Shown here: piece by piece, positions 1-9,908 of the stretch | Layout of the letters: every line of letters begins with the position of its first letter | Numbering within the stretch: position 1 is the first letter of the stretch | IMG/VR virus record: IMGVR_UViG_3300020202_000001 | Location: 62,001-126,000 of that record | Direction: 5' to 3' (one strand) | Length of the DNA: 64,000 nt | Notes under the pieces: model-generated | The model's database searches: none | What the model was told of the DNA's origin: nothing | The model's input: only the letters and a program-made list of their open reading frames with translations | Translations under genes and position numbers: made by a program

Positions 1-13
1 GACGCCGCGGACC

Positions 14-1252
14 GTGAAGGTCGACGAGCGGTACGGGGACGTCAAATACTTCGCCCGCGTCGCCTACCACGCGATGCTGCCGGACGGCGGCCAGGTGTGG
101 GGCGACGGGTACGGGGCCGAGATCACGATGACCGGCGGCCGCATCCGCCTGTCCGCCCCGGGCGGCATCGACGTCACGCCGGGCACGGACTTCAACGTCC
201 TCGCCGGCCGCGACATCAACCTCCGCGCCCTCGAATCGTTCGACGCCTCGGCCGGCAAGAAGGACCTCCGGCTCAAGGGCCAGATGAACGTCCAGATCGT
301 CAGCAACAAGGCCGGCATCCTGCTGGAGAGCAAGGCCCCGACGTTCCTGGCCGAGTTCCGCGACAAGGTCGGCGAGGAGGTCGTCAGCGGCGGGATCGTC
401 CTGAAGGCGAAGGACTCGGCCGTCGTCGCGTACGGCGGCGACGTGTACCTCCGCACGGGCGGGTCCAACCTGCGGGCCGGGCAGATCGTGCTCGACGCCA
501 GCAAGGGCCGCGACACGGTGGCGATCAAGGGCACCACGGTCAACCACTACGCCCGGTCGAGCGTGAACCACTTCGTCGGCCCCGAGGGCGACAGCAGCAC
601 GGTGCGGGCCGCCTACTCGTTCAGCGAGAGCGGGGCCATCATCGACAAGCAGGTGTCGATCGGCGGGCAGCTCGGCGTGCTCGGCGGGGCCGTGTTCGAC
701 GGCGGCATCGTCAACCGCGACGGGTACGGGTCGGTCAACAACAACCCGTTCGTCGGCGACATCCCGGGCAGCGTGATCTCCGAGGCCGCCGGCGCGATCC
801 GCCAGGCGATCGAGGGGCTGAAGAAGGCCGGCAAGGAGTCCCACAAGGCGATGTTCCCGGACTGGCTCTACAAGGAGAAGCAGCCCGGGAACGACGACAC
901 GATCAAGGACCTGGAGTTCTCGTTCCGCGACAAGGAGGGCGGCCAGCAGTACCACGCGACCCAGTTCAAGTTCACCGAGAGCCGCTGGCAGATGATGGCC
1001 CGGCTCGGCGGCGGGTCCGGCGGCAAGGAGTGGGACGAGCCCAAGGTGACGTACCAGGGCCGCGAGCAGCTCCCGTACCCCGGCAAGCAGAAGTGGGAGG
1101 ACGAGCCGACCCTCCTGCAGCTCGACTCGTGGACGATGTTCGACGCGGCCAAGGGGCACGCGAAGGACCGCCCCGGGCCGTACGAGGACCCGAAGCTCGG
1201 CACCCTGACCCCCGTTCCGCCGAAGACCGGCTTCAAGGTCATCGGCGGCTGA
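14..1252 (+). CDS. Virion structural protein, probably 5'-truncated; possibly the C-terminal part of a baseplate hub/spike (VgrG/gp5-like) protein
   Basis: Frame is open from base 2, codon usage is GC3-rich, short alternating beta-strand repeats (IRLSAPGGIDVTPGTDFNVLAGRDINLRA), first gene of the tail cluster. Family call is weak. Confidence 0.4.
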   Translation: MKVDERYGDVKYFARVAYHAMLPDGGQVWGDGYGAEITMTGGRIRLSAPGGIDVTPGTDFNVLAGRDINLRALESFDASAGKKDLRLKGQMNVQIVSNKAGILLESKAPTFLAEFRDKVGEEVVSGGIVLKAKDSAVVAYGGDVYLRTGGSNLRAGQIVLDASKGRDTVAIKGTTVNHYARSSVNHFVGPEGDSSTVRAAYSFSESGAIIDKQVSIGGQLGVLGGAVFDGGIVNRDGYGSVNNNPFVGDIPGSVISEAAGAIRQAIEGLKKAGKESHKAMFPDWLYKEKQPGNDDTIKDLEFSFRDKEGGQQYHATQFKFTESRWQMMARLGGGSGGKEWDEPKVTYQGREQLPYPGKQKWEDEPTLLQLDSWTMFDAAKGHAKDRPGPYEDPKLGTLTPVPPKTGFKVIGG

Positions 1253-1272
1253 TCCAAAAACCGGTTTTGAGA
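1253..1272. promoter_or_regulatory. Dispersed palindrome, copy 1 (TCCAAAAACCGGTTTTGAGA)
   Basis: Starts immediately after the TGA of 14..1252 and ends 17 nt before the next start codon. Confidence 0.85.
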
Positions 1273-1289
1273 AGCAAGAGGAGACCCCC

Positions 1290-2525
1290 GTGGCAAAGAG
1301 CGTCCAACTGTCCCCCGGCCCGCGTCCCGGCGTCGCCCCCGTCGCCGCCCCGCCGCCCGTGTCCCAGCCCGTCAACCAGGGCGTGAAGCTGACCGGCCTC
1401 CCGCTGCCGACCGGCCGCGTGTTCGAGGCCCCGGCCGGCATGACGGAGCTGGAGCGAAACCAGCTGAAGCAGGTGGGCTGGGACGGCGGCAAGATCACGC
1501 CGGAGATGCAGGCGGCCGTGCAGGCGATGAACGCCGACGCCCGCGTCCGCCCGCCCGTGCCGATCGACCCGGCGACGCCGGCCGTCGACTTCCAGACCAA
1601 GGACATCAGCGAGCTGCCCCCGGAGGAGCAGCACCGGGCTCGCGCCCAGATCGCCGAGGCCCTGCAGTCCCAGCCGGCCACCGCCCACGTCGGCCAGCAG
1701 CCCCGGCTCCGCACCGGCGAGGTCCAGGCCGTGCAGCCCGGGCCGGCGCTGAACCCGCACGCCCAGAAGGTCGAGGAGGCGAAGATGATCCCGGTGGCGT
1801 ACGGGGAGCCGGCCCGCCCGGCCACCCGCCCGATCCCCGGGGCACCGACCGCCAAGGCCGTGAACCCCAAGGCCGCCAAGCCCGCCGCCCCGCAGTACCC
1901 GGTGGACCCGGCGGAGGCCGCCCGCTCGATCCGCACCGAGGACCCGATCGCCCCGATGGAGAACTGCCCGCACTGCGGGTGGGAGCTGGCCCGGCCGGAC
2001 ATCCCGGAGCCCGACTACACGGAGAAGATGGGCTTCCTGAGCACGCAGATGCTCGGCGACGGCAAGCCGTTCGTGAAGGTGTACGAGCTGCTCGGCGGCA
2101 ACCTGAAGCTGACGTTCCGCACGCTGACGATCCGCGAGGTCGACGCCTGCTACCGCCAGGCCAACCTCGACCGCGACCGGGGCGACGTCGAGAGCCAGTT
2201 CGACTGGACCGAGAAGGTGAACCGCTACCGGCTGTACCTGCAGCTGCAGCGGGTCCAGTCGGACAACTTCGACCACGACCTCCCGGACGGGCTGAGCAAG
2301 CTGACGAACCCGAACGCCGAGGCGTTCTGGGAGTTCCCCGAGGACGAGGAGCAGCCGCTCCGGCTGATCGAGAACTTCTACCTGGAGAACGTGCTGTCGA
2401 GCGAGTCGCTGTGCCGGATCGCCCAGCAGCACTGCGGCCGGTTCAACCGCCTGGTCGCCAAGCTGGAGGCGCAGGTCGACAACGATTCTTTCTGGAAGGC
2501 GACCGGGGAGCAGTCCTCGCAATAG
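1290..2525 (+). CDS. Tail assembly chaperone-like protein (Pro/Ala-rich N-terminus, CPHCG, LKLTFRTLT core)
   Basis: 411-aa ORF just upstream of the tape-measure-like gene; ends in ...NDSFW... where a start-poor -1 frame ORF takes over. Confidence 0.5.
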   Translation: MAKSVQLSPGPRPGVAPVAAPPPVSQPVNQGVKLTGLPLPTGRVFEAPAGMTELERNQLKQVGWDGGKITPEMQAAVQAMNADARVRPPVPIDPATPAVDFQTKDISELPPEEQHRARAQIAEALQSQPATAHVGQQPRLRTGEVQAVQPGPALNPHAQKVEEAKMIPVAYGEPARPATRPIPGAPTAKAVNPKAAKPAAPQYPVDPAEAARSIRTEDPIAPMENCPHCGWELARPDIPEPDYTEKMGFLSTQMLGDGKPFVKVYELLGGNLKLTFRTLTIREVDACYRQANLDRDRGDVESQFDWTEKVNRYRLYLQLQRVQSDNFDHDLPDGLSKLTNPNAEAFWEFPEDEEQPLRLIENFYLENVLSSESLCRIAQQHCGRFNRLVAKLEAQVDNDSFWKATGEQSSQ

Positions 2526-2995
2526 AGGCTGCGGTCGAGGGCGTGGTCGACTTCAGGGTCGCCCGCGTCCTCGACCCGAAGTGGTGGCGGTACCTCAGGG
2601 TGAAGCTCGAAACCCTGGAGCGCCGAGGAAAGGAGAAGGCGGTCAACGCCGCGTTCGCCTACCACCTGGCCCTGGTCGCCAACAGCGGACTGACCGAGGA
2701 GAGCTTCGAGAAGTGTCAGGCGGCGGCGAAGGAGCGGTACTTCGATCTGCTCGGCACGATCCGCCCGTGGGAGGGCAAGAGCTTCGTGGAACGCAAGGCC
2801 GCGGAGTTCAAGGACGCCCGGCAGATGTACATCGACGCGACCGGGTTCGACCCGCTGGACCCGGCGTTCAAGGCGTACGAGGCCCAGCAGATCGAACGGC
2901 TGCTGGCCGGCGAGTTCGACATCGTGGACGAGGACGCCGAGGCCGAAGCGGCCGTGGTCGATCGCCTGCGGGCGAAGATTATGAAGGGAGCGTAA
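2492..2995 (+). CDS. -1 frame extension of the chaperone (GT-like), or a separate 150-aa protein from GTG 2543
   Basis: Coding-like codon usage after 2525, no ATG, only a GTG at 2543 without a well-spaced SD; TAA 2993-2995 lies 3 nt before the tape-measure start. Confidence 0.6.
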   Translation: MEGDRGAVLAIEAAVEGVVDFRVARVLDPKWWRYLRVKLETLERRGKEKAVNAAFAYHLALVANSGLTEESFEKCQAAAKERYFDLLGTIRPWEGKSFVERKAAEFKDARQMYIDATGFDPLDPAFKAYEAQQIERLLAGEFDIVDEDAEAEAAVVDRLRAKIMKGA

Positions 2996-2998
2996 GAG

Positions 2999-5900
2999 GT
3001 GGCCGAACAACGCGGACAACGCCTGATGCAGATGGCCGGGCAGTACGCGCCGGTCGCCAGCGGCCACCCGTTCACGCCCGACTTCGGGTTCGAGGGCACG
3101 CCCCTCGCCGACAACCCGCTGCTCGGGATGATCCTGCAGCCCATCGTCGGCAACCTGATGGGCAAGATGGGCATGGCCCCGATGGGGCTGAACGACCGCA
3201 ACGTGTTCGACACGCTCTCGAACCAGCGGTTCTACCGCCAGCAGCAGGACGTCCAGCGGCGGATGGCCGCGACCGACCAGGCGAGCTGGATGATGACGCT
3301 GCGGGGGATGGCCCACGTCACCGGTGCCCCGTGGGGTGCCGACCAGATGCGGGCCGCCCGGGGCATGACGGACGCGGCGGTGCACCTCGCGCCGACGCTG
3401 AACATGCTCGCGCCGGAGATCATGGACGAGATGGGCGGGTACCGCGGGTCGGCCGCCGTCATGGCCGCGCGGATGATGATGGCTGGGCGGTACCGCCTCG
3501 ACCCGGTGACCGGCAAGATGGGCCAGGCCCCCGAGCAGGTGGCCGCGCAGGCGCAGAAGCTGTTCGCCGACCTGTACGAGAACGGGAAGTTCAGCGACAT
3601 GCAGGGCGTCTCCGCCGGCCAGCTCGGCACGCTGTACGAGCAGCTGAGCCAGCGGGGGCTGATCGGCGGCAGCACGAAGACCCCGTACGACGAGGTCCGC
3701 GGGCTGGCCCGGAGCGACAAGAAGCTGTTCGACGACGCGCTGGACCGGATCGGGGCCAAGGGCACCGACGCGTCCAAGCTGACCAGCGACCAGCTCGACA
3801 AGCTGACGCTGGACCCGGCCGTGGCGGACAAGCTCCGCGGGTTCGACACCGAGAAGACGAAGAAGAGCCTGCAGGGCTACCTGCACGCGGTCAACGCGAT
3901 CAAGGACATCTTCGGCGACCTCGGGCGGCCGAACGCCCCGATGTCCGAGCTGATCGGCGCGCTGGAGGCGATGACGAACGGGTCGATCGGGCAGATCCAG
4001 CCCGGCCAGCTGAACATGCTGGTGCGGCAGACGCACCAGATCGCCCAGGCCACGGGCGTCAGCAACGACAACGCGATGGCGATGCAGGAGCACCTGAGCG
4101 GCCGGGCGCGGCAGATGGGGCTGGAGCCCGTCTTCGCCGTCACGGCCAACCAGGGCGGCATGGCGTTCGGGGCCGCGTTCCGCCAGCAGGGGCTGGAGCC
4201 GGCGTGGGGCCGGATGAACCCGGACCAGATGACGATGCTCGACGGCCAGCTCCGGCTGAACGCCGCCGCGTCCAAGTCCGCCCAGCGGGCCGGGCTCGCC
4301 CTGCGCCTGAACGAGCGGCTCGGCGGGTTCGACCCGAACTCCGACGCCGGCCGGTACGTCGCCGGGCTGAAGTCGGCCCAGGACACCGGGTACGACTACT
4401 GGATCGACGCCAACGGCGAGAAGCAGTCGCTCAACCTCGACCAGGCGGCGTTCACCCGGATCATGACCGCGACGGGCAAGGTCGACGCCGGCCAGCTCGG
4501 CAGCATGATGGGCCAGAAGTTCGCGAACCGGGAGTACGTCCAGCGGTACGGGGTCGAGGACGTGATCCGCCGGAGCCAGGGCAAGAAGGACGTGCAGCCG
4601 TGGGTCGGCAGCCAGCTGCAGGGCTTCCTGCAGGGCCAGCTCCGGCAGGCGGGCGTCGGCGACAAGGAGGCCCGGGCGTCGGCCGCCGCGATCGCCCAGA
4701 CGGCGGCCGCCGAGATCATGAGCATGGACCCGGCGGACTTCGCCAACAACGAGCGGCGGACGGCGAAGATCGGGGAGATCCTCCAGCGGAACCTCGCCGG
4801 CACCGAGGCGGGCAAGGCGCTGGGCGGGAAGCTCGGCGGGTTCGCCACCTCGACCGGCGAGAGCTTCTACGGGTTCTGGAGCGAGGTCACGCGGCTGAGC
4901 CCCGACTTCAGCTACCTCGGCAACGCTCAGAACATGTTCAACGCGTTCCACGAGACGACGACGACCGCCGGCACCCGCATCCAGACGACCGAGCGGATGA
5001 ACGCCCAGATCAAGACGGCCCTCGCCCCGCTCAACCGGGGCAGCATGGTCCGCCGCGCGATGGGCTACCTGCAGAACGCGAAGGAGGGCGACGCGGACCT
5101 GGCCAAGCTGGTCGCGACGGCCCTCGGCGGCGTGGAGGAGAAGGACGTCCGGGAGGGCGTGCTCCCGCAGTTCGCCGCGATCAAGCGGGAGCAGGAGGCC
5201 CTGGAGCAGCTCCAGCGGCAGCTCGTCAACGAGACCGACCCGACCAAGAAGGCGGAGCTGCGGCGGCAGTTCGAGGGCCGCGTCGCGACGCTGACCAACC
5301 AGGTGAACACGGCGGTCGACAAGCTCGGCCGGATGGGCGTGGTCGAGGGCGGGCTGAGCGTCGCCGACACGACCCGGGCGCTGAACCTGAACGGCCGGTC
5401 GGCCGAGTTCTCGAAGGAGATCGCCGGGCTGTTCACCGCCCCGACGTTCGACGCCGCCGGCAAGCCGGTCGGGCCGCCGGACGCGGTCGAGGTCCGCCGG
5501 CGGTTCGGCGAGTTTTGGAAGACCGAGAGCGGCAAGCTGTTCGGCGAGACGGCCCGCAGCCAGGGGTCGGCCGCGAGCGACGTCGCGCTCAAGCTGCTGA
5601 GCAGCCCCGAGTCGGTCGACCGCCTCGGGCTCGCCGGCGTCAAGCACGCCAAGCAGATCACCGAGTCGAACCAGGAGCTGCTGCGGCTGGCGGCCGTCCA
5701 CACGGGCGGCGACATCGGCAAGCTGGTCGCCGGCGACTTCGCCGCCACGATGCCGGCCAAGGAGCGGGAGGAGGTCGCCGAGCGGGTCCGCCAGCAGGTG
5801 GCCGCCCGCGACAAGGCCGTCAAGGAGATCTACGACCTCCAGCACAGGTCGGGCCGGACGTGGGACGCAAAGGCGACGGCCGCCGAGCTGGGCGTGTCCG

Positions 5901-6706
5901 AGGCCGACGCCCAGCTGGCCCACTCGATGGACCCGACCCAGGTGCGGGCGGCGCTGGCCGCCAAGGACCTGACGGGCGAGGCCCGCGCCCGGGCGGTCGA
6001 GAAGCTCGGCCCGAACGGCGAGGACATGATCCGGGCGGCCGGCGTGTACGAGCGGATGCGGGGCAAGGCGGCGGACGCGATGGCGGCCGAGCACATGGCC
6101 CCGGACAAGATGGCCCGCACCTTCCTGGAGCGGTACGGCGTCACCCCGGGCGAGACGGACGCCGAGCGGGAGCGGCTGCACAGCCTCGGGCGGATGCTCA
6201 AGACCGAGGCCGGGCAGGCCCTCTACTACGGCCTCACCACCGGGCAGGACTACCTCGCCGGCGTCGCCGAGCGGGGCGGGATCAAGGGGGCGAAGGGCGT
6301 CGAGCGGGTCGACGGCCTGTACCGCGAGTACCAGAAGCTCCTGCAGACGCCGGAGGCCGAGAAGGAGGGGGCCGAGCGGGCGTTCCGCGAGAAGTTCAAG
6401 CTCGGGGACAAGGACGACTACGCCCAGTTCCAGCGGGCGATGCAGCTCCAGGTCGAGACGGGCTTCATCCGGTTCGGCGACTCCGGGCTCGGCCAGCGGA
6501 CGGACTTCAACCTGGCGAAGGCGGAGGAGATGCTCGGCCGGAAGCTGGCGACCGGCCAGCTGAACGGCGAGGACAAGAAGGTCAAGGTCGAGTTCCCGAA
6601 CGGGATGACGATCACCGGCCGGCTGAAGGTCGACGGCACGCTCGACGCCCGCACCGAGGGGGCGAACACCCCCGGCGCGAACCACGCGAACACCGGAGGT
6701 AACTGA
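2999..6706 (+). CDS. Tape-measure-like protein (1235 aa)
   Basis: Long Ala/Gly/Gln/Met-rich, predicted helical, Cys-free protein between chaperone-like and baseplate genes. Confidence 0.65.
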   Translation: MAEQRGQRLMQMAGQYAPVASGHPFTPDFGFEGTPLADNPLLGMILQPIVGNLMGKMGMAPMGLNDRNVFDTLSNQRFYRQQQDVQRRMAATDQASWMMTLRGMAHVTGAPWGADQMRAARGMTDAAVHLAPTLNMLAPEIMDEMGGYRGSAAVMAARMMMAGRYRLDPVTGKMGQAPEQVAAQAQKLFADLYENGKFSDMQGVSAGQLGTLYEQLSQRGLIGGSTKTPYDEVRGLARSDKKLFDDALDRIGAKGTDASKLTSDQLDKLTLDPAVADKLRGFDTEKTKKSLQGYLHAVNAIKDIFGDLGRPNAPMSELIGALEAMTNGSIGQIQPGQLNMLVRQTHQIAQATGVSNDNAMAMQEHLSGRARQMGLEPVFAVTANQGGMAFGAAFRQQGLEPAWGRMNPDQMTMLDGQLRLNAAASKSAQRAGLALRLNERLGGFDPNSDAGRYVAGLKSAQDTGYDYWIDANGEKQSLNLDQAAFTRIMTATGKVDAGQLGSMMGQKFANREYVQRYGVEDVIRRSQGKKDVQPWVGSQLQGFLQGQLRQAGVGDKEARASAAAIAQTAAAEIMSMDPADFANNERRTAKIGEILQRNLAGTEAGKALGGKLGGFATSTGESFYGFWSEVTRLSPDFSYLGNAQNMFNAFHETTTTAGTRIQTTERMNAQIKTALAPLNRGSMVRRAMGYLQNAKEGDADLAKLVATALGGVEEKDVREGVLPQFAAIKREQEALEQLQRQLVNETDPTKKAELRRQFEGRVATLTNQVNTAVDKLGRMGVVEGGLSVADTTRALNLNGRSAEFSKEIAGLFTAPTFDAAGKPVGPPDAVEVRRRFGEFWKTESGKLFGETARSQGSAASDVALKLLSSPESVDRLGLAGVKHAKQITESNQELLRLAAVHTGGDIGKLVAGDFAATMPAKEREEVAERVRQQVAARDKAVKEIYDLQHRSGRTWDAKATAAELGVSEADAQLAHSMDPTQVRAALAAKDLTGEARARAVEKLGPNGEDMIRAAGVYERMRGKAADAMAAEHMAPDKMARTFLERYGVTPGETDAERERLHSLGRMLKTEAGQALYYGLTTGQDYLAGVAERGGIKGAKGVERVDGLYREYQKLLQTPEAEKEGAERAFREKFKLGDKDDYAQFQRAMQLQVETGFIRFGDSGLGQRTDFNLAKAEEMLGRKLATGQLNGEDKKVKVEFPNGMTITGRLKVDGTLDARTEGANTPGANHANTGGN

Positions 6707-6708
6707 AC

Positions 6709-7179
6709 ATGCCGATCCTCTTCGACGGAGCCCCGGGCCGCGTGATCGCCCTGCAGGACCCGGCCCTGCAGGGCGTGGTCCCGCTCGTGAAGCCGAACCC
6801 GGCGATCACGTTCCAGGGGCAGAAGAGCCTCATCACCCGGCTGACGATCGCCCAGGAAACGAACCACCAGTTCCTGCACGCGCTCGGCGGCGACATCTTC
6901 ATCTACGTGTTCGGCGACCGCATCGGCCAGCTGACGATCTCCGGCCTGGCCGTCAGCAAGGACTGCGACGGCGGGGGCGACAGCGAGCACGGGTTCGAGA
7001 AGATGCTGAAGTATTACAAGGACAACAAGCTGTCCAAGCGCCGCGAGCCGATGACCGTGATGATCGGGCAGACGCCCGTCACCGGGTTCCTCGGCGGGAT
7101 GACGGGCGGCGTGTTCGACCACAAGCTGCTCCTGATGCAGTGGGACCTGACGCTCTTCCTGCTGCCGGAAAGGGACTGA
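6709..7179 (+). CDS. Tail/baseplate structural protein (tube-initiator-like, tentative)
   Basis: 156 aa, beta-rich (IFIYVFGDRIGQLTISG), directly after the tape measure. Confidence 0.4.
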   Translation: MPILFDGAPGRVIALQDPALQGVVPLVKPNPAITFQGQKSLITRLTIAQETNHQFLHALGGDIFIYVFGDRIGQLTISGLAVSKDCDGGGDSEHGFEKMLKYYKDNKLSKRREPMTVMIGQTPVTGFLGGMTGGVFDHKLLLMQWDLTLFLLPERD

Positions 7180-7180
7180 C

Positions 7181-7975
7181 GTGTACAACCACCTGCGCAC
7201 GCTGCTGCTGAACCAACACCCCGCCGCCCCCGACTGGGCGATCGGCGAGGAGGCCGTGCCGGCGACGTTCCGGCCGGTCAACCTGCCCGCGTACCTCGAC
7301 GAGGTGCGAGCCAGGCTGTTCGGCGTCGCCCCCGACCGGTCGATGCTGAACTACCGGCTCGCCCAGTACACCCGGCTGCTGCACGCGTCGGCGCTGGGCC
7401 AGTACGTCTACGACCTCGACCCCCGCGTGACGTACCTCGGCACCGACCGCACGGACCTGTTCGGCACGGCCGCGTTCGAGCCGGCCGTCACGCAGACCAA
7501 GGGCCGCCGCCCGCTGGTCGTGCAGGGCGACCCGGCCGCCCCGGACCCGACCGGGCAGTCCTACCACGCGTACCGGATCGAGCAGCTCGACGGCGACACG
7601 ATCTCGGTCGGCGAGGACCACCCGACTTCCAAAAACCGGCTTTTGGATCTCGCGTTCGCCGGCGGGCTGTCGGCCCCGGTGCCGCTCGGTGACAGCGGGT
7701 ACGTCGCCCTGGTCCCGCAGGAGGCGGCCGGCACGCGGTGGCAGGTTACGTTCCACGCCCGCCCGCAGTGGGACCTCGGGCAGATCGCGGCCGCCCTCCG
7801 CGTCAGCGGGGAGCCGACGCTGCTGCAGCTGTTCGGGGCCGCCCCGGCGGAGCCGTTCCTGACGTTCCGCGACCTGTTCTTCGACCACCCGGAGCTGCCG
7901 TACCGCCTCGGCGGCCTGCTGCTCGCGGTGGCCTACCGCTCGGACGCCGTCTGGAGGGCCAATGGCCAGGGATAA
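7181..7975 (+). CDS. Hypothetical virion protein
   Basis: 264-aa ORF tightly packed in the tail operon. Confidence 0.6.
   Translation: MYNHLRTLLLNQHPAAPDWAIGEEAVPATFRPVNLPAYLDEVRARLFGVAPDRSMLNYRLAQYTRLLHASALGQYVYDLDPRVTYLGTDRTDLFGTAAFEPAVTQTKGRRPLVVQGDPAAPDPTGQSYHAYRIEQLDGDTISVGEDHPTSKNRLLDLAFAGGLSAPVPLGDSGYVALVPQEAAGTRWQVTFHARPQWDLGQIAAALRVSGEPTLLQLFGAAPAEPFLTFRDLFFDHPELPYRLGGLLLAVAYRSDAVWRANGQG
7628..7647. promoter_or_regulatory. Dispersed palindrome, copy 2 (TCCAAAAACCGGCTTTTGGA), intragenic
   Basis: One mismatch from a perfect 20-bp palindrome; encodes SKNRLLD with atypical AT-rich codons. Confidence 0.75.
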
Positions 7976-9656
7976 GAACTACGCGTACACGACGCTGTCC
8001 GAGGAGGCGAGCGTCCGGCTGCGGATCGACGGCTCGGTCGGCGGCGTCGGCGGGGCGGTCGGCTTCGAGGTCGTCAGCGTCACCGGCAGCTTCGCGATCA
8101 ACCAGGTGCCCGAGTGCGTGTGCGTGCTCGCGGTCGGCCGCAACGCCGTCGACGGCCAGCAGCTCGCCAAGATCCACTCGGCCGCCCGGTCGATGAAGCA
8201 GATGGTGAAGGCGAAGGTCTACTTCCGGCCCCGCGGCGAGTTCAAGCCGGACGGGACGGAGTGGCCGCGGGGCGAACAGGTCGTGTTCGACGGGTACTTC
8301 GTCGGCATGAGCTACCAGAAGGTCGGCGGCAAGGTGAACGTCTGCGTGCACCTGATCCACTGGCTCAGCGACCTCGCGTTCAGCTCCAGCCTGTCGAGCG
8401 TCAGCCACGTCTCGAACCCGGGCAGCATGACGTTCCCGGCCGCCCTGGAGCCGATCACGCCCGGCGCGGGCGGCGGCGGGGAGGCCGTGTTCCTGAGCAA
8501 CCTCGTGCCGCACCAGGCGATCGAGCCGCTGATCCAGAGCGACCTGTGGGAGGCGATCAAGGTCCTGATGTGCGGGATGAGCACGTTCGAGGGGTTCAAC
8601 CCGATCTGCGGGGCCGGCGGCATCGGGCTGGAGCAGATCAAGAAGAACGACCGGGCCAAGGAGGCCCTGAAGAAGATCGAGGGGCCGGGCGGCGACTGCA
8701 CGCTGGAGTACAAGTACGGCAAGGCCCTGGCGCTGACGCTCGGGCTGGCCGGGCAGGGGTGGGCCGGCATCGCCCAGGCGATCGGCGAGATCCCGGTCAC
8801 CGGCCTGTGGAACATGACGCTCTGGGACGTGCTGGTCGGCGGGTACTGCCAGCAGTTCGGGCTGATGGTCTGCCCCGGCGTCGACCGGGCGGTCGTCGCC
8901 GCCGACTGCCCCGGGTTCCGCGGCCCGACGTGGCGGGAGATCCCGCCGAACGAGTACGAGTTCACCGACCAGTCGGCCATGCTCCCCCGCCCGCTCCGCG
9001 CCGTCGTGTCGCACGGGGCGTCGTACATGGAGGCCGGGGCGAACTTCTACGCGGCCGCCCAGGGGGTCAGCACCTGCGTCAGCGGCGTGTTCGCCTCGAA
9101 GAGCGTCGAGGACGCGGACGGCGTCGTGATGTACACCCAGGTGCCCCGGTGGGTCGCCGAGATCACGACGAGCGGGGTGAACGCCGGCACGGTGGTCGGG
9201 GCCAAGGACAACAAGCCGATCAAGACGGCCACGACGCCGGACGGCGGGCAGAAGGGGCCGGACAAGCCGCCGGTCGAGATGAAGGACGACGCCCAGAAGG
9301 TGCTGGACAAATACGCCCAGATGGTTTTCATCCGCGAACAGCTGCGCGGGCGTAACGGCACGATCAGTGGTAAACTACGGTTCGACGTCGCCCCGGGCTC
9401 CAAGCTGAAGCTCAAGGGGAGCCCGGAGGTGTTCATCGGCGGCGAGGACGAGCTGGCCGACGACCTGTACGTCGAGGTGAACCGCGTCACCTTCGAGATC
9501 AACTGCGAGGGCCGGCGGGCGGCCACCGCGTTCATGCTCTCGGCCGCGAGGAACGAGACGGAGAACCAAGAGGAGCGGACGAGCACCGCGGAGCACCCGT
9601 TCTACGGCGCGAACGTCCTCAAGGGGTTCCCGCTGCTGCCGGAGCACGACATCTAA
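7962..9656 (+). CDS. Baseplate hub-like protein (gp27/VgrG-N/late-control-D-like, tentative)
   Basis: 564 aa; typical position; GEQVVFDGYFVG and C-terminal GTISGKLRFDVAPGSKLKL..VNRVTFEI resemble hub folds. Confidence 0.5.
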   Translation: MARDKNYAYTTLSEEASVRLRIDGSVGGVGGAVGFEVVSVTGSFAINQVPECVCVLAVGRNAVDGQQLAKIHSAARSMKQMVKAKVYFRPRGEFKPDGTEWPRGEQVVFDGYFVGMSYQKVGGKVNVCVHLIHWLSDLAFSSSLSSVSHVSNPGSMTFPAALEPITPGAGGGGEAVFLSNLVPHQAIEPLIQSDLWEAIKVLMCGMSTFEGFNPICGAGGIGLEQIKKNDRAKEALKKIEGPGGDCTLEYKYGKALALTLGLAGQGWAGIAQAIGEIPVTGLWNMTLWDVLVGGYCQQFGLMVCPGVDRAVVAADCPGFRGPTWREIPPNEYEFTDQSAMLPRPLRAVVSHGASYMEAGANFYAAAQGVSTCVSGVFASKSVEDADGVVMYTQVPRWVAEITTSGVNAGTVVGAKDNKPIKTATTPDGGQKGPDKPPVEMKDDAQKVLDKYAQMVFIREQLRGRNGTISGKLRFDVAPGSKLKLKGSPEVFIGGEDELADDLYVEVNRVTFEINCEGRRAATAFMLSAARNETENQEERTSTAEHPFYGANVLKGFPLLPEHDI

Positions 9657-9671
9657 CGCACGGAGGCGTCG

Positions 9672-9908
9672 ATGTGTTTCGTGGACAAGGACGAGCCCGA
9701 GCGGAGCCGCTGGTTCTCGGACGTCGTCATCGTGCTGGCGTGTCTGCTCGTGTTGCCGTTTCTGGCCGTAGGAGGCAAGGATGCCCGGGACTCTGACGAC
9801 CCAAGTCGCCCTACCGAAGCCGCCGTCGTCCGCGACGGAGGAGCCGGACTACGACACGATCTGGAAGGACTGGAAGGCGGCCCCGCCCGACCCGGCGACG
9901 AACGCTAG
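9672..9908 (+). CDS. Possible small membrane protein (doubtful)
   Basis: One hydrophobic stretch (VVIVLACLLVLPFLAVGG) and an upstream GGAGG, but it overlaps the sigma gene by 128 nt. Confidence 0.25.
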   Translation: MCFVDKDEPERSRWFSDVVIVLACLLVLPFLAVGGKDARDSDDPSRPTEAAVVRDGGAGLRHDLEGLEGGPARPGDER

